This document shows positions 62,401 to 64,000 of a DNA stretch of 64,000 bases, piece after piece. Origin of the DNA: Epithemia pelagica (taxonomy: Eukaryota; Protista; Bacillariophyta). The stretch lies in assembly GCA_946965045.2 (NCBI GenBank), contig OX337234.1, forward strand, positions 1,798,001 through 1,862,000, written 5' to 3'. The notes beneath the pieces are model-generated. The model had not been told where the DNA came from and did not search any database. It saw nothing but the letters and a program-made list of their open reading frames with translations. Both the position numbers and the translations under genes were made by a program. Position 1 is the first letter of the stretch; each line of letters starts with the position of its first letter.

Positions 62401-64000
62401 GCGGCTGCCTCCACGGCCATTGCCACCATTTCCTTGGTTCCTCAGCCGTGCCCTTTCCTGGAACACGTACTGCTGCCCGGTCGTCCCAAGGGTAGCCATT
62501 TCTTGGTCGGTAAAGCGACGGTTGACGTCTGTGACGTCGACTCCATACAGGGTGTAAACGCCATTTGCGTGGCTCAGCCCTTGGATTTGCTGAGGGCGGG
62601 AGTTGGTCTCGGAAACGAAACGATGTCAGTTTCCACCACGAGTCCCCTCAACTACCACCTGAGGAAACAGCTCGGATACCTCCGTAGAGATGTAAGAGAT
62701 GGCGCCATGCAAGTCAGAGCGGAAGTTGCTCCTGACGTGGCCCTTGATAACGGCAAACTCGGCCGTGTTAATCTTGATGTTTTCGAGCAACGCTCGCACT
62801 TGGTTTGAGGGGGTGCGAGGATTTGGGGTGTTCTCCAGCGTTCGAAAGGCTCGGAGGATCTTAGCAGCATAAGCGTCAAAACTAAAGACGTGCTCATTAT
62901 TATAGAAGAGGTTTTCCAACACTGCTTCCGCTTTAATGATTCTCTTCTCCTTTTGCCCGCCACCATCATAGTGGGCAACAAGGGCCATCCAAGCGCCTCT
63001 TCCATCCTGTTGGGACTGGAAGGGCTGGATCCAGGTCGCGGGTTGATCCTTAACCCGATCGCTTAGCAAGCGAAAGACTTGACGGTTGTCTTCACGGAAG
63101 AAAGGTCCAGTTAGAGGATAACTATATTTTTCACGTTCGCTAGGGGTAGCAAACACGTGACCAGGCTCTAGCTCGAGCCTAATAACATAGTCCAGCGGAG
63201 CTTTCTGCTTTCCCGACACATGGGATAGATATGTGGGGAATTCTTGGGACCATTCCTCCCACGCATCCTCCTTGAGGATGTCTGGTTTTATATCAGGTGA
63301 CGTGTCGGTCGTGTCCTCAATTTCCATGCCGTCGAGGGCATCGGAAAGAGTTCCTGCATCAAACTCGCCCGCATAGATAATACGTCCTTGTCGTCGGGCT
63401 TTCCTGGCCCAGAAACAGAGGCCTTGAATGTTCTTCACGACTCCCGTCGGAATGCTAATAGGCGGGTTTCGCTTTTCCAGGCGAGATGCCAGCTGAGATA
63501 CGTCATCCGCGGACATTCTCCCGAAAGCTTGAAGGGAATTAAGCCGTTCTGTGACTTCAAGCACTTGAATTTCGGTCGGGTCGGCCCCGCACACCGTCAA
63601 GGCGAGTCCAACAGCAGATAAGGGTAAGGGTGGTCCAGCGCCATGTCCGGCGCCTCTTCCAGCACCTCCTCCTCCTCCTCCTGGCGCTCCTCCACCGCCA
63701 CCGCCGGCTCCACCGCCGGCTCCACCACCGGCTCCACCGCCAGCTCCATCACCGGCGCCACCACCGGCACCACCTCCGGTACCTCCCGTGCCTCCTCCGG
63801 CACCTTCACCTCCGCCGGTGCTTCCTCCGGTGCCGCCTGCACCGTGTCCTCCGCCGCTCCCGGCGTTGCCAGTTGCACCTCCTGCGGTGCGCCTGCTAGT
63901 CCCTCCGTGGGTACTCGTTCCAGTACCAGCGCCTCCTGCGCTCATTCCTCCGCCTCCAGCGGCGTTCCCGCGATCCGTGACATCAGGATCGCCCGTGTTG

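Larger units (their letters stand above)
56788..64000 (-). mobile_element. Second CoDi-type Ty1/copia element (Copia-2), 5' end beyond the window, disabled
   Basis: Gly-rich gag (PLDYVIR...GRGAW..L..HYDG), protease EMDTMADT, integrase, RT (RKARLVAGG, DIGNAYL, YVHD instead of YVDD) and RNase H (DADHA, SEF, CDN, ADLFTK). In-frame stops at 62626 and 58094; insertion in RT. Confidence 0.95.

Noticed and set aside
62626-62628. In-frame TGA in Copia-2 gag as programmed readthrough
   Set aside because: It lies inside gag (GGN*HRFVS) where Arg fits, and I saw no comparable stem-loop; CGA>TGA decay is simpler.
61960-62808. 282-aa plus-strand ORF and other ORFs antisense to Copia, helicase and YR genes
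   Set aside because: Shadow frames of GC-rich coding sequence with no motifs.
1-64000. rRNA, tRNA or snRNA genes
   Set aside because: None recognised by eye; tRNAscan-SE and Infernal were not run.

Overview
Eukaryotic DNA, most likely from a diatom or related stramenopile. This is inferred from CoDi-type Ty1/copia proteins, short GT-AG introns and the absence of prokaryotic signals. About 85% of the window is transposon-derived or degenerate. 1-47 kb is a largely decayed TE graveyard: a MULE/SWIM transposase pseudogene with a convergent passenger gene, a 177-bp tandem array, relics of SET, Gypsy, DIRS/Ngaro, LINE, Copia and Helitron sequences, one structurally complete but disabled CoDi Copia element (19578-26107), a Tourist-like MITE and a Crypton-like tyrosine recombinase. 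47.5-52.5 kb is an island of three intact host genes: a DDX21-like DEAD-box helicase, a PRA1-family protein and TrmO. A two-gene PIF/Harbinger-like element follows (about 52.7-56.6 kb). A second CoDi Copia element (56788 to beyond the window end) has a MITE in its 3' LTR and a 384-bp insertion in its RT. No rRNA, tRNA or CRISPR array was recognised. The best leads are: (1) the 384-bp insertion, which carries an internal reverse-complement copy of its own joined ends (DIRS-like) and has a split second copy at 32.4/35.0 kb; (2) the MULE passenger, with motifs reminiscent of DNA-base-modifying enzymes; (3) an in-frame gag-UGA-pol junction followed by a long stem-loop; (4) the Crypton-like recombinase; (5) the Harbinger partner protein. 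All family calls come from motif recognition by eye; no database search or folding program was run.
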